From a virus, in the IMG/VR virus record IMGVR_UViG_3300021364_000001, positions 64,001 to 128,000 of that record: a stretch of 64,000 nt of DNA. The stretch is one strand, 5' to 3'. Within the stretch, counting starts at the first letter, position 1; every line of letters begins with the position of its first letter. Position numbers and translations under genes: made by a program. Below are positions 63,388-64,000 of this stretch, piece by piece. The notes under the pieces were generated by a model. The model was given only the letters and a program-made list of their open reading frames with translations. It did not search any database and was not told the DNA's origin.

Positions 63388-63548
63388 TGGCGGTACTCAT
63401 TCAGAATATCTAGGACTGCATTATAGGCGGCATGGGCACCGTCGTGCCATTCCCCACTTTTGTCTTTATGTTCTCCGTCATAGAGAGCAGTCTTTAACTT
63501 GTAGATCCTCGCCTGAATTTCTGGTTTCAGCATGATTCCTCTCGGCAT
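63384..63548 (-). CDS. Small conserved protein downstream of gp23 (54 aa, not in ORF track)
   Basis: MPRGIMLKPEIQARIYKLKTALYDG..WHDGAH..VLDILNEYRQ. Confidence 0.7.
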   Translation of the reverse strand: MPRGIMLKPEIQARIYKLKTALYDGEHKDKSGEWHDGAHAAYNAVLDILNEYRQ

Positions 63549-63577
63549 GGTCTTCCATAGTATAATTACTATTTAAC

Positions 63578-63601
63578 AAAAAAGGGGTCCCGAAGGACCC
63601 C
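63578..63601 (-). terminator. gp23 terminator
   Basis: GGGGTCC-TTCG-GGACCCC followed by T6. Confidence 0.88.
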
Positions 63602-63628
63602 CAAGAAGACTCGTTTGTGAGCAATCGA

Positions 63629-64000
63629 TCACATGAGGTTATCGACCAGCACACGACGATAGTAGCGGTTGGCGTTAGCAGTAAGAGCACCGCTCCCCTG
63701 CGTTGTTCCTTCTGCAAACGGGTTCGCAACCATGCCGTAGCGGGTCTTGAAGCCGATCTTGGGCTGGAATGTATCCTGTCCAACGGCGCGAACCATTTGG
63801 AGGGGCACATAGGGGCAGTAGAACAGACCAGCATCGTAGGCGCTAGAACCTTTGTAACCAGCCACATAGAAGTGACGGTCAGAAACGTTAGCGGAATAGG
63901 GGTCAACGTAGACCTTGATGCGTCCGTTCAGTGTACCAGCCAGGGTGCTGCTGTTGTCATCGGGAAGCAGGTTGCTATTACCCGAGAGAGCAGGGGTGTA
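63629..64000 (-). CDS. Major capsid protein gp23, 3' end (truncated by window edge)
   Basis: AGLFYCPYVPLQMVRAVG..FQPKIGFKTRYGMVANPF. Confidence 0.98.
   Translation of the reverse strand, partial: YTPALSGNSNLLPDDNSSTLAGTLNGRIKVYVDPYSANVSDRHFYVAGYKGSSAYDAGLFYCPYVPLQMVRAVGQDTFQPKIGFKTRYGMVANPFAEGTTQGSGALTANANRYYRRVLVDNLM

Noticed and set aside
63478-63906. 142-aa ORF overlapping the gp23 end
   Set aside because: It is an alternative frame spanning the gp23 terminator. The real genes are gp23 and the 54-aa ORF at 63384-63548.
1-64000. CRISPR array, integrase, transposase or reverse transcriptase
   Set aside because: No regularly spaced direct repeats and no such catalytic motifs were seen in any ORF.

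Overview
This is a 64-kb segment of a T4-like cyanomyovirus genome, probably infecting marine Synechococcus. Nearly all genes are on the minus strand. Read in transcription order (right to left), the window starts with the 3' end of gp23 major capsid, then gp3, uvsY, uvsW, gp55, gp47/46, speD and a VWA/CobS-type AAA pair. It continues through gp45/44/62 (split by a 2OG oxygenase, a nuclease-like gene and dam), regA, a carbamoyltransferase, a membrane/secreted-protein island holding the only plus-strand genes, hsp20, a Pho-box-controlled porin-pstS unit, gp43, uvsX, gp41 and mazG. Next come a nuclease/ligase-like/nucleotidyltransferase block, virion genes, primase, nrdA/B, a riboswitch-DUF4278 unit, talC, tRNA-Arg and tRNA-Val, two hli genes, a peroxiredoxin, psbA and psbD. 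It ends with a 1531-aa structural protein, glutaredoxin, RNase H, thyX and the start of phoH. Seven 2OG-Fe(II) oxygenases are scattered through the window. The strongest candidate for an unusual system lies at about 19660-20275: an NtcA box and late promoter precede two tandem glutamine-riboswitch-like cores. The second core encloses an entire 56-codon ORF inside its P2 stem, the two cores could base-pair with each other, and they sit upstream of a DUF4278-like gene and a small basic ORF. All family assignments come from motif recognition by eye; no searches were run.
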